IMG/VR virus record: IMGVR_UViG_3300025066_000019
Source of the DNA: an uncultured virus (IMG/VR IMGVR_UViG_3300025066_000019)
Taxonomy: Duplodnaviria > Heunggongvirae > Uroviricota > Caudoviricetes
Strand: one strand, 5' to 3'
DNA: 64,000 nucleotides
Every line of letters starts with the position of its first letter. Within the stretch, counting starts at the first letter, position 1. Made by a program: the position numbers and the translations under genes. The notes below the pieces were generated by a model. That model did no database searches. It worked only from the letters and a program-made list of their open reading frames with translations, and was not told the origin of the DNA. Of the stretch, positions 29,432 through 39,300 are shown in pieces.

Positions 29432-29571
29432 ACCATAAAGGGGGGTGCAGGGAAACCGTAAGTCGCCCCACTAGATACAGTAGCGAGTGACCACCCAATA
29501 GCAGGGTGGATAACAGCCTGAAACCTGGCATGGCTCGCTAATCTTTCTTACATCTTACTTGAGGGAATAAC

Positions 29572-29814
29572 ATGGGACAATTATTAATTGACGACCAGAC
29601 AAAAAAAGTAGACGCTACGTATCGAGCATCCCACCTGGAAGTGGGGGAAGTGTTCAGCGGCAAGCTTGACGGTTTTACTGGGGTGTGGTTGCGAATTTGC
29701 GACCGGGCTGTGCTACTGAAAGACCCTATGATTATCGTCCACATTTACGACAATGACGACACCATCACCGATTTTGTGCGTCTGAACGCCACTATCACTA
29801 TCACAAATGTCTAA
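29572..29814 (+). CDS. Hypothetical protein
   Basis: GAGGGA RBS. Confidence 0.6.
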   Translation: MGQLLIDDQTKKVDATYRASHLEVGEVFSGKLDGFTGVWLRICDRAVLLKDPMIIVHIYDNDDTITDFVRLNATITITNV

Positions 29815-29828
29815 GGGAGAGTAAAGCC

Positions 29829-30092
29829 ATGGGTAGAGCCAAACAAATTGTAACGACACCAGAACCTCAAGTTCTCGGCTATACGCTGGACCTGGAACCT
29901 AAGGAAGCCGACCTATTAGTCCAGTTGTTACACTGTCATATAACCGGGCCGTCTGGAACTGATAGCCCCCGCGATACCCTCTGTAACCTAGCTTATAGGT
30001 TGATGGAAGCGGGCGTGAAAGAACCTGAGGAATACGGCAGATGGTTTACGGTTACCAATCGAGGTAAGCCAGATAATCTTTACATCAGCTAG
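29829..30092 (+). CDS. Hypothetical protein (paralogue family)
   Basis: GGGAG RBS; TLDLEPKEADLL motif. Confidence 0.6.
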   Translation: MGRAKQIVTTPEPQVLGYTLDLEPKEADLLVQLLHCHITGPSGTDSPRDTLCNLAYRLMEAGVKEPEEYGRWFTVTNRGKPDNLYIS

Positions 30093-30942
30093 GAAGGAAA
30101 CTCCCTCCCCGCCCGCTTGAGCTTCTCCCGCTCTTGCGGGCTTTTTTTATGTCCCGTCTGACTCCCCCCTTGCGGGGTGTCCCACCCCACCCAGGTGGGT
30201 CGCACCAGTAAGTCGCCCGTTGATGAGAGCCAGCGAGCCTGACTCCCCTCCTCTGGGGTGTATCAGCCCACCCAACAAATTCGCGTTTTTCCGAATGGGG
30301 GGTATGGTAGGGGCCACATGGGGGGTATAAGCCCTTGACTCCCCCCTAATGGGTGGTCCTACCTAACCCATCAATTTCCGATGGGGGGTGGGGTGACCCC
30401 CACTCCAAGCGAGGGGGTTGACAGACTGAGGAGATTATGGTTGACTCCCCTCTAATGGGTGTAAGGTAAATCCAGATGGGGGTGTAAGGGAAAACTTTTT
30501 GCTAACACCCTCTTATGGTTTTTTGTAACACCCAATGTGGGTGGCTGGCACCATACGAACAGTCAGCGGTTGACTCCCCCCCAATGGATTTTAGTAACAG
30601 ACCAGCGGAGGGGTGCGTATAGAAACGCCTGACTCCACCCCTATGGGGGTGTATCACCCCACCCAACCCCGTCGGCGGCACAGACGGATTTGCCCTATGC
30701 GGGGGGTAACGTCCCTCTCGATACTTTCATTGTAGCAAATAGGCTTCATTGTGTCAAGGGGTTGACAGAATGACGATGGAATGCTATAATGGGGGCATAA
30801 GAGAGAGAATGAGACAAGCGGGGGGGGTTGACAGAATGAAACATAAATGCTATAAATGAGGCATAAGAGGGAATGACACACAACGCCGCCAGTCGGGGGG
30901 TGTTGACAGAATGACAGAACAATGTTATAAAGGGAGCATAAG

Positions 30943-31122
30943 ATGAAACGCTATTTGCTGTTTGCTGGGGACTACTACTACCCCTGTGGAGGGATGAACG
31001 ATTTCATCAAGTCATTTGATACTGCGAATGACGCATTTGAACACGCATTAAGTCTAAAGGTAGACTGGTGCCACATGCTGGATAGTCAGACGGGTAGTTT
31101 CGTCGATACGCCTAGCATTTGA
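30943..31122 (+). CDS. Small hypothetical protein
   Basis: MKRYLLFAGDYYYPCGGMNDF; GGGAG RBS. Confidence 0.6.
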   Translation: MKRYLLFAGDYYYPCGGMNDFIKSFDTANDAFEHALSLKVDWCHMLDSQTGSFVDTPSI

Positions 31123-31189
31123 CAGAATGACGCAAAGATGCTACAATTGGGGCATCAAGCAACAATACACTTACTTGAGGGAGTCAGTT

Positions 31190-31972
31190 ATGTTATCTGT
31201 ACCATTGAAGTATAGTGAGGCTAACGCCAAACTAAAGAATATGGCGAAAGTCGCTAGACTGGTCAAGTTTCTTACTTGTAAGGGCAAGCGGAATCGTAAG
31301 ATATTTAGTCTGGACCTACTTGCGGGATTTAGCTGTCCCTTTGCGGAACAGTGTCTCAGCAAGGTGAAGCAAACCGATGATGGTTTGAAGATAGTAGACG
31401 GGCCGAAAACTGAATTCAGATGTTTCTCGGCAAGTCAAGAGGCTATCTACACAAATACGTATAAGCGTAGGAAGTCGAATATGGACTACCTACAGGAAAG
31501 TAAGACGGTGGAGGATATAGCCGACAAGCTATGCCTAGCCCTACCCAAAAATGCGGGTATCGTGAGAATTCACGTATCGGGTGACTTTTACAATGAGGCT
31601 TATTTCCTTGCGTGGTTGGAAGTGGCCAATCGTAATCCTGATAGGTTGTTCTATGCTTATACCAAGTCATTGGGGTGGTGGGTGAAACATAGGGATAACA
31701 TACCAAAAAATTTGGTTTTGACTGCCTCCTATGGGGGGCGACAAGACCACCTGATTGAGGAACATGGTCTGCGATACGTCAAAGTAGTCTATTCTGTAGA
31801 TGAAGCTAAGCAGCTAGGTCTCAAGATAGATAGCAATGATTCGTTTGCTGCCAATCCCAATTGGAGGGATAAGTCGTTCGCCCTACTGATTCACGGCATT
31901 CAGCCTAAGGGGTCTGAGGCGGGTAAGGCTGTTTCGGCTCTAAATGGTAAAGGTTCCTACAGTAGGAAGTAA
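31190..31972 (+). CDS. Phage gp88-like Cys-cluster protein
   Basis: FSCPFAEQC...RCF, RIHVSGDFY, FYAYTK. Confidence 0.65.
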   Translation: MLSVPLKYSEANAKLKNMAKVARLVKFLTCKGKRNRKIFSLDLLAGFSCPFAEQCLSKVKQTDDGLKIVDGPKTEFRCFSASQEAIYTNTYKRRKSNMDYLQESKTVEDIADKLCLALPKNAGIVRIHVSGDFYNEAYFLAWLEVANRNPDRLFYAYTKSLGWWVKHRDNIPKNLVLTASYGGRQDHLIEEHGLRYVKVVYSVDEAKQLGLKIDSNDSFAANPNWRDKSFALLIHGIQPKGSEAGKAVSALNGKGSYSRK

Positions 31973-32524
31973 TTTGACAGAATAAGGGATAATTGATATA
32001 ATGGTCGCATGGTGTACTAAGTCCTTTGCGTACTAAGTCCGATGTAAGACGACCACTTCATTACTTGACAGAATAACAGGGAGATGATACAATGCAGGAA
32101 CATTTCACGGTCTGTGTTCGCATCGTTGCGACACTCAAGGAAGCTACTGAGCTAACAAATAAAATCAGTGACGTTGCCGACAATACCATTCTATGGTTAG
32201 ACGCCGATACCGTACTGATTGATAGCAAGGGGAAAGAAGTTAATTGACAGAATGAAAGGGAAGTGATACAATGAGCAACGAAATAGAGTGCAATGACTTA
32301 GATGATTTTGTCGATGTTATCGAAAAACTGACAATTAAGGGAATAAAGTTTGAGGCTTCCACTGGAACCCTTACAATCACAATCACTGGATACTAGTGTA
32401 CCACCTGACCCACCAAGGGCAGGGACAGCGGGGGAATTGACGAATATGCTTAAAACGCTAGGTTTAGTAGGTTTTCTCGCTAGTGAGGGAACGACGTTTG
32501 ACAAAACAAAGGAAAAGTGTTACA

Positions 32525-32920
32525 ATGGAAGCAACAACAGACGACGCCCAGATGCTCACGCTACTGGTCGCTAACGAAATGGGCCTTTTGGGGGAGAACA
32601 TACGGTCTCCTGAGGTAGCAAATGAACTAATTGCTACAATAAGTCGTGTAGAATGTGGTGTAGAATGTTGTGTAAAAACGCATGAAGAATTGAAGAAACT
32701 AGCTATTTTGGCAGTAAATGTAGTCAAATTAGGGTTAGTCAGCACAAATTTAGAGGAAATGGACGATTTTCCCCCTCCTTTTGGTGAGGAAACGCAAGTG
32801 AAGTCACCTTTTGAGTATAGGGAAAGAACAAAACATACGGATTTTGGGGCAGGAGTGTTTGAAAATGAACCTTTTGTCGTCGATTCGCCCCTCGAAAGGG
32901 GGGAAAGTGACGAAAACTGA
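32525..32920 (+). CDS. Hypothetical protein
   Basis: ATG overlaps -10 box, AAGGA RBS. Confidence 0.55.
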   Translation: MEATTDDAQMLTLLVANEMGLLGENIRSPEVANELIATISRVECGVECCVKTHEELKKLAILAVNVVKLGLVSTNLEEMDDFPPPFGEETQVKSPFEYRERTKHTDFGAGVFENEPFVVDSPLERGESDEN

Positions 32921-34015
32921 GCGAAATTGATTGGTTTTGAGCGAAAATGAGCGATAGTCTGCTTGTTGTCTGGTCACTAGGTACGAATTGAGGTCAAAAT
33001 GAACGCAGGAACCGAATTCATCATCTGCCTTACATGTGTTCTATACTGTGTACGGTGGTTCTTAGAACCTTGGAATTGTGAGTAAGTCTAGGAAAGCAAA
33101 GGGTTTAGGGGATATGAGCAACAAGTCCGAAGTCTTGGAAAGCGTAGTCCTAATGGTTATGGCAGCGGCGATGTTGTTCGCTCTCGCATATCTCTTTGAT
33201 ATGACACTATTGGAGCTAGTTGACAAAATGAACTAATAATGTTACAATTCTTTGTATTACTGAGGGAGTAAAGCAAAAAATGAATTACAGTGAAGTATTC
33301 GACGTGTTTGCAAAACAAAATTGGGATAACGACACAAAACTGTCTCTGATAATGGACTTCCTAGACCGGAATGATTACACAATTATCACCCCAGGAATGT
33401 TTGAGGATTATCTGCTAGACGTAGTTCTTAGGAGTAAAGCAAATGTGGGATGAAAACACAAAAGAGACCGTTGACACTATCGAAAACATGCGGGATATAG
33501 CCGAAAAGTACCTACAACACTTGGCCTTTCCGCTATATGAGCTAGAGTCGGTCGAAATGGACGGTACAATCTATTGGAAGCCAATGCTTAATGAGGACCA
33601 GTTGACAGAATAACCAATAAATGGTAGAATGAGGGAGTAAGACAGATGGACGCAAAATTTGAACTGATTGATTTAATACATGAGGCGATACGAAAGCTGA
33701 ACGACCCAAGGGTGAAACACCTGAGTTTCGATTGTGACAATGACAGTGCGTCTCTCATAATTGAGTTAGAAGAACAGGATTTTATCCTCTCTACCTCTGA
33801 CGTTCGTGAGTTGACAGAATAACGAAACAATGCTAGAATGAGGGAGTTGAGACAATGAAGGCTTTACCTGGACAAGTAGTTGCTGGGCTACGGTGGCGTT
33901 TTACCTTCTCAATTGAGGGGAAGGCATTCACAAGCTGCCAATCGTTTACCAGTGCGGCTGTTGCTAAACAGTCAATGAGGGAATTCGTTAAACACTTAAA
34001 TGAGGGGTTGAGCAA

Positions 34016-34252
34016 GTGAGTAGGCGAGCAACATTAACAAGGGATATGTGTGAAGCAGACACAGGCTGTGGCATGGTATTCCCGAAGGGCTGGGAGGGCC
34101 TTGTAGATGACGAGGATGGCAGTCTGTTGTTTCGTCCATACGATACATGTGCGATGGAGTCGTTCGGTTTTTATCTGTCTGCTGATGACATTGCATACAC
34201 TGGGATTAAGCAAACGAGAGACCCCAATGGGAACGGACCATTGACAGATTAA
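34016..34252 (+). CDS. Hypothetical protein
   Basis: ORF in promoter-punctuated array. Confidence 0.55.
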   Translation: MSRRATLTRDMCEADTGCGMVFPKGWEGLVDDEDGSLLFRPYDTCAMESFGFYLSADDIAYTGIKQTRDPNGNGPLTD

Positions 34253-34450
34253 CGAGTAAATGATAGAATGGGGACATGAGACAACGGAAGATAGTTGCGA
34301 AAAGAGCATAGGAACTCCCGCACAAATGGGATTGGCTACAAGCTGGGTGTGTCATATGGGCATCTGGTTGCCAAGGTAAGTCGCACGTCGTTGTCTCTGT
34401 CTCTTATTTGACAGAATAACCAACAAATGATACAATGAGGGAGTAAGACA

Positions 34451-34720
34451 ATGATTGAGTTTGAACCAACAGAGATAACGTACAAAGTCTGGGGAATAGA
34501 CGAAGCTGGCTATTGGGTGCGGAGCTATCGCTCACTGGACGAATTGACCAAGGCATTAGAGGTTATTCCTCTGGAACACATTGAAAACATTACGGTTACG
34601 GAAACATCTAACGCTAGAATTGACATGCGAACGCTAGAGAAACTGGCGAAGATTGAAGGTGGTGTTGTCGGCTCTATCGCCCTACTTGTGGGGGGATTAC
34701 ACGAGGGAATTGAGAAGTAA
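34451..34720 (+). CDS. Hypothetical protein
   Basis: GAGGGAG RBS after promoter. Confidence 0.6.
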   Translation: MIEFEPTEITYKVWGIDEAGYWVRSYRSLDELTKALEVIPLEHIENITVTETSNARIDMRTLEKLAKIEGGVVGSIALLVGGLHEGIEK

Positions 34721-34756
34721 GTAACACCTAATCAACAAGGCTCAGAGGGCAAAGAG

Positions 34757-34987
34757 ATGATTGATAAAAATGTGCAAGTTGGCGACGTTGTGCTAGTGTC
34801 ATACAATGATGCGAACGACGGTCCTGTCTACATAGTTACGATTACTACAGTAGACGAAATTGGTATCTGGGGAGCATACGAGCTATTGTGTCTGGGACTG
34901 AAACTAACCCCTCCCCCTGGTGATAGACCTGGAGGCGGATTGTGGAGGTGGGACAACATTGGCCTATTGACGAAGTTGACAAAATAA
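34757..34987 (+). CDS. Hypothetical protein
   Basis: GAGGG RBS. Confidence 0.6.
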   Translation: MIDKNVQVGDVVLVSYNDANDGPVYIVTITTVDEIGIWGAYELLCLGLKLTPPPGDRPGGGLWRWDNIGLLTKLTK

Positions 34988-35018
34988 CGACTAATTGGTA
35001 CAATGAGAGGGTAAGACG

Positions 35019-35228
35019 ATGGAAACGGTAAACGTGGTAGAGATTAATGAGGGGTTGATTATCAGCCTGCGTAGCTTTGAGACGGCAGAAATGGCTGAGT
35101 TGCTATTTACGCAACTCCTGATTGAGGAAGGGGTTACGTCCGAACGTATCGAAGAGTTTTACTTGTGTGAGGGTCACTACAGCAGTTGTGGGGGAACGTA
35201 CAGTATTCAACTAGTACACTCCATTTGA
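35019..35228 (+). CDS. Hypothetical protein
   Basis: RBS after promoter; TGA inside next -35. Confidence 0.6.
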   Translation: METVNVVEINEGLIISLRSFETAEMAELLFTQLLIEEGVTSERIEEFYLCEGHYSSCGGTYSIQLVHSI

Positions 35229-35267
35229 CAAAACAACAACCAAATGTTACAATGAGGGAGTAAGGCA

Positions 35268-35501
35268 ATGGAAATCACGAGAACAACAGTCGAAGTAACC
35301 CAAGTGGTTGAAGTCCCAGGTATTACACTGGAACTGACGATGGTGGAAGCGGGTGCTATTCGTAAGATTATGTCCAGTGTCGGTGGAGTCGGAGTATGCC
35401 GCGACGTGTCCGACAAACTATGGAATGCCCTACAATTAGCTGGTGTCGATACCGATGCGACATCTTTCACTAACGACTCACTGGTTTTTCGACAGGAATA
35501 A
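35268..35501 (+). CDS. Hypothetical protein (paralogue family)
   Basis: Similar to 35734-35967. Confidence 0.65.
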   Translation: MEITRTTVEVTQVVEVPGITLELTMVEAGAIRKIMSSVGGVGVCRDVSDKLWNALQLAGVDTDATSFTNDSLVFRQE

Positions 35502-35510
35502 GGTGGAACA

Positions 35511-35729
35511 ATGGGTAGAAGAATCGCATACGAGACCGTACAGAGGTCGCTAGACAATGGGTTACATGACCTGCAAATTTTAAGCGGGGACGTTGTAGGA
35601 CCGTCTGGGGCATCTGTGAGAGACGTGGTTGAGACAGCCAAGATAAATCTTGGAACAGTCTTGAGATACCTGGAACAAGAGGGTGGATTTGGGGTTTTCC
35701 CAGAAGTTAGATTAAAAACAGGAGAGTAG
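35511..35729 (+). CDS. Hypothetical protein
   Basis: Closely spaced ORF with RBS. Confidence 0.6.
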   Translation: MGRRIAYETVQRSLDNGLHDLQILSGDVVGPSGASVRDVVETAKINLGTVLRYLEQEGGFGVFPEVRLKTGE

Positions 35730-35733
35730 ACAC

Positions 35734-35967
35734 ATGGCAAAAGTAGAGATGACCAAGAAAATGGTTGAAGTTGAGACAGAGGTTATTACGGTCGAGATGA
35801 CCAAGAAAGAGGCTAGTGCCCTCAAGACAATAACTGGGTCCATTGGGGGAACCAGCATTGTAAGAAAGGTGGCGGATAGCATCTGGCATAGCCTCAACAG
35901 GTTGGACATTGAACAGGAACATGGCGTCAAAGTCACCTCGTCGATGTACCTAACAGACATTGATTGA
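35734..35967 (+). CDS. Hypothetical protein (paralogue family)
   Basis: Similar to 35268-35501. Confidence 0.65.
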   Translation: MAKVEMTKKMVEVETEVITVEMTKKEASALKTITGSIGGTSIVRKVADSIWHSLNRLDIEQEHGVKVTSSMYLTDID

Positions 35968-36096
35968 CAGATTAAGGAGTAGTTGATACAATGAGAGAAG
36001 AAGAACTTTATGAGCTACCTCCCACGATTGAGGAGGAGTATCTGAGAGACCAACGAAGTGACGACCTGAGGGAAGCTAAAATAGAGGAGGAGTTAC

Positions 36097-36474
36097 ATGG
36101 GTAAGCCAAAATTGTTCAAAACCAAGCAAAATTGCTGGGGTGAGCCGGTACGAGTGCCTAATTTCATGCACAATCGGCAGCTAGAGACGGCGATGAACGA
36201 CTACGCTAAGACGTTAGAGCCGAAACAGACAGAGCTAACCTTCAGTGTCACGTTTGCTGACGGTAGTGTATTGACCGAGACGATTGAGCGACAAACTCGC
36301 ACCTTTACCTACAAGGATTACGATGGTGAGGAGTGGGAGGTTGAGTACAGTGGAAAGAAATGGGAGGAGTCTGATTGTATCAGCACCTCTTGGAAGAAAG
36401 TTGTGATTGAGGCTTGGGGCCTTGAGGGTTACGAAACTACTAAAATTGTGGAGGTGGAGTATGTCGGTGTATAA
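36097..36474 (+). CDS. Hypothetical protein
   Basis: GGAGG RBS. Confidence 0.7.
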   Translation: MGKPKLFKTKQNCWGEPVRVPNFMHNRQLETAMNDYAKTLEPKQTELTFSVTFADGSVLTETIERQTRTFTYKDYDGEEWEVEYSGKKWEESDCISTSWKKVVIEAWGLEGYETTKIVEVEYVGV

Positions 36475-36838
36475 CAGAGTTACTGTAGATGTCGATGTTT
36501 GTACGTCTGGCCTTGTTCAGTCGTTGTTATTCAAGTATGGCTACCAGTGGCCTCAGGGTGGTGAAACAGTACAGTACGAAGATGAAAAGCGTTTGTATAT
36601 CAACGAACGAAGCCGTACCATTACCTATGGCGGTATGGAAGAGGGAGACCTTCACCTCCGTAACAATCAGGAATTAATCGACTACCTGAACGGTGAACTT
36701 ACACCAAAGGCTGTTGAGATTGAAGTGGGTGATTACGATGTACTCATAAACCCTGGTCATTCTATCAAGTTTGGCTGTACCACCCTCAACAAAGAACAGG
36801 TTGAGACAGTTATTAAAGCCTGGAATAAGGAGAGGTGA
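36461..36838 (+). CDS. Hypothetical protein (paralogue of 37103-37501)
   Basis: Shared GY.W and PG.S.KFGCTT motifs. Confidence 0.7.
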   Translation: MSVYNRVTVDVDVCTSGLVQSLLFKYGYQWPQGGETVQYEDEKRLYINERSRTITYGGMEEGDLHLRNNQELIDYLNGELTPKAVEIEVGDYDVLINPGHSIKFGCTTLNKEQVETVIKAWNKER

Positions 36839-36839
36839 C

Positions 36840-37079
36840 ATGGAGAAGTATGAGATTGAGATTACTTGGGAAATGTCGGGGAAGGTGACTGTTGAGGCTG
36901 ATAGCCTGGAAGACGCCATCTGTGACGCAGCAGGTTGTTCTCTCCCCCTGGACGGGGAGTATGTGAGTAACTCTTTCAGGGTACTAACACGAGAGTGTGA
37001 CTACTGTGGAGGGAACTGCCCGAATGATGACAGTGGTGATAATTTATGCGATGGGTTTGCTGCCGGTTGGACAGCTTGA
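36840..37079 (+). CDS. Hypothetical protein
   Basis: GAGG RBS; VTVEADSLEDA; Cys-rich tail. Confidence 0.6.
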   Translation: MEKYEIEITWEMSGKVTVEADSLEDAICDAAGCSLPLDGEYVSNSFRVLTRECDYCGGNCPNDDSGDNLCDGFAAGWTA

Positions 37080-37102
37080 CAAAATAAAAACAAAGAGGTA
37101 TA

Positions 37103-37501
37103 ATGATGGAAACAATCGACAAGGTTAGTATTGTTGTTACCCCCGAAGAATCTCCGTTTATTCAGCTTATGCTGTTCAGTCATGGTTATGGATGGAACAG
37201 AGGAGCAACCAAGGAGGTACGCAACGTAAACAATAGTCGTCTCTTTCTTTATGTGACCAGTAAAGACTTAACCTACGGAAGGGAATGTTTTGTGGAAGAA
37301 TTCGTTCCAACCCTTACCGCAGAAGAACTCTCTGGTTTTTTGAGTGGCTCTTATGTTCCTCCTCCACTATGTAAGAAATTCACGGTTGACGAATACGATG
37401 TTACCGTTTTTCCTGGTGGGAGCGTTAAGTTTGGATGTACGACAATCGACAAGGATGATGTCAAGAAGATTGTTGAGGCGTGGACTGTAACAGCTAACTA
37501 A
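37103..37501 (+). CDS. Hypothetical protein (paralogue of 36461-36838)
   Basis: Shared motifs. Confidence 0.7.
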   Translation: MMETIDKVSIVVTPEESPFIQLMLFSHGYGWNRGATKEVRNVNNSRLFLYVTSKDLTYGRECFVEEFVPTLTAEELSGFLSGSYVPPPLCKKFTVDEYDVTVFPGGSVKFGCTTIDKDDVKKIVEAWTVTAN

Positions 37502-37518
37502 CAAAGATAGGAAAGAAC

Positions 37519-37776
37519 ATGGCAAAGGCTACAGCAACGAAGGTATCAATAACTACTGTAAACCTAGAGCTAACTGAATTAGAGGCTCAGTTGCTAATTA
37601 GAATGTACGGACAGTTTATTGTCGGTCCTAACTCAAAAGGGGGACCAGTAAACCTATTACAAGGAATTGCTCAATCCCTTGAACATGTAGGTATTGAAGA
37701 CCAATGGGATTTATTAGATAGTTCAGGTACTCAAACACTGGCACTAAACAAGGGGCCAAACTGGCCTAAAGGTTAA
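37519..37776 (+). CDS. Hypothetical protein (paralogue family)
   Basis: VNLELTELEAQLL motif. Confidence 0.6.
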   Translation: MAKATATKVSITTVNLELTELEAQLLIRMYGQFIVGPNSKGGPVNLLQGIAQSLEHVGIEDQWDLLDSSGTQTLALNKGPNWPKG

Positions 37777-37793
37777 GCACCGAGACTCCCTCC

Positions 37794-37837
37794 GACCCCC
37801 GGTAGTTCCCCTCCCTCATGCTGCCGGGGGTCTTCTT
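37794..37837 (+). terminator. Terminator-like hairpin with CTCCC loop
   Basis: GACCCCCGGTAG...CTGCCGGGGGTC, weak T tract. Confidence 0.6.
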
Positions 37838-38111
37838 ACATCTTCCTCGTCACTTGACAGAATAAGAGATAGATGCTATAATAAGGACATAAGAAAGAAT
37901 GAACTTCAAAGAAGCACAAGGGTGGGTTAAGGAAAAGATGGTAGGGGTGGTTGATGACGACTATCCTGATGCACTGGACGATTTGGTTGTTGAACTTATG
38001 ATTCATCACAGTTTTACAGAGGCAGAAGGTGACGCTGTTGTTCAATCAGAATGGTGGGTTTGACAGAATAAGAACTAAATGGTAGAATAAGAGCATGAAA
38101 GAGAGGGAACG

Positions 38112-38357
38112 ATGATAACAGCACAAGAACGACGAAAGAAGATTGAAGCAGAGAAGGCTAAAAGGGCCACTGACGCTACAGCTAAGTTGATAGCTAAGGT
38201 GACAGATGAAATTGAACGAGACGAGCAGAACGGATACACAAACAGTATCCATTGCAACAAAGAGGTTGTTAAGTACCTGGAAGCCTTAGGTTATGAAGTC
38301 ACCTATAGACCTGCGGCTGGCATGGGGGATGTAGAGTCACATGTTATCAAATGGTAG
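38112..38357 (+). CDS. Hypothetical protein
   Basis: GAGGGA RBS. Confidence 0.6.
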   Translation: MITAQERRKKIEAEKAKRATDATAKLIAKVTDEIERDEQNGYTNSIHCNKEVVKYLEALGYEVTYRPAAGMGDVESHVIKW

Positions 38358-38388
38358 TCACTTGACAGAATAAAGGAACAATGTTATA

Positions 38389-38601
38389 ATGGCGAACATG
38401 TTAAAAGAAGTACTAGAACACATTGAGCTAGAGACAAAACTAATTGCCACCCTTGAGGCCAATCCGGTCAAGCCCGAATACTATGAGGGGTATAACTACC
38501 CCAAGGGTGACTATGCGGTGTACGTGACAGAAATTAAAGATGCCTACTGGCGACGACGAAATTTATACATGAAGCGTGACCAGTTGACAGGTTTAGAATA
38601 A
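38389..38601 (+). CDS. Hypothetical protein
   Basis: ATG overlaps -10 box. Confidence 0.6.
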   Translation: MANMLKEVLEHIELETKLIATLEANPVKPEYYEGYNYPKGDYAVYVTEIKDAYWRRRNLYMKRDQLTGLE

Positions 38602-38759
38602 AATGGTAGGATAAGGACATGAAACTACAACGAGCATTGGACTGGGTTCACTACCATGGAACTAGCAAGCCAACAGAAAGCATTAGTGATGCGAGATGGA
38701 AAGCTATGGTTCAACACATCTACTTATACTACTTGACAAAATGAGAGGGAGTTGATACA

Positions 38760-39299
38760 ATGGAAGAGTACCTAACACATAGTCAGTGTCAGAGGGTTAT
38801 CGACTGGACATTTGATACCCTTGGATGCCCTGAACTAAAGAAGATGACGACATTGAAGTTCAACAGGCGGTTCACCGCTAGGTTGGGGGATGCAGGAAGA
38901 AAACTGGTAGAAATGAATACCTATCGGTACACAATCCGCCTGTCATCCTCACAACTATGGTCAAGAGCGACCATTAAAGAGCGATACGAAACTATCGTCC
39001 ATGAGGCTTGCCATATTGCACAGTTTTATAAATGGCCGAAAGGGACAGACGCACATGGGGTCGAGTGGAAGTCTCTCATGCGAGCATGTGGAGTAAAGCC
39101 GACACGATGCCATACCGTGGACCGTACAGGTCTCAAACGCAAGACGCGACGGGTGAAGGTCTTCGGCTGTACATGTGGCAGTTGTCCTGACGTGACGGTA
39201 CGACGGGCTAATAAAATGCGGAAAATGACGGGAACCCGTTTGTTCTGTATGAGATGCAAGGAAACACTAACACTTGACAGAGTAAGGACTAAGTGCTAA
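38760..39299 (+). CDS. SprT-like zinc metalloprotease
   Basis: ETIVHEACH...HGVEWK...C plus C-terminal Cys ribbon. Confidence 0.85.
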   Translation: MEEYLTHSQCQRVIDWTFDTLGCPELKKMTTLKFNRRFTARLGDAGRKLVEMNTYRYTIRLSSSQLWSRATIKERYETIVHEACHIAQFYKWPKGTDAHGVEWKSLMRACGVKPTRCHTVDRTGLKRKTRRVKVFGCTCGSCPDVTVRRANKMRKMTGTRLFCMRCKETLTLDRVRTKC

Positions 39300-39300
39300 A

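Larger units (their letters stand above)
20976..30930 (+). repeat. Six dispersed modular intergenic blocks built on CTGACTCCCCC and ending in tandem promoters
   Basis: Blocks at ~20976-21950, 22949-23383, 23880-24216, 25337-25680, 27349-27906, 30111-30930; shared sub-modules GGGTCGCAC, AGCCAGCGG, CCCAACAATTTCG, GGGGTGACCCCCA. Confidence 0.9.

Noticed and set aside
21556..30881. ORFs predicted across the CTGACTCCCCC blocks
   Set aside because: They translate repeat and promoter sequence; upstream extensions of real genes were trimmed to RBS-supported starts
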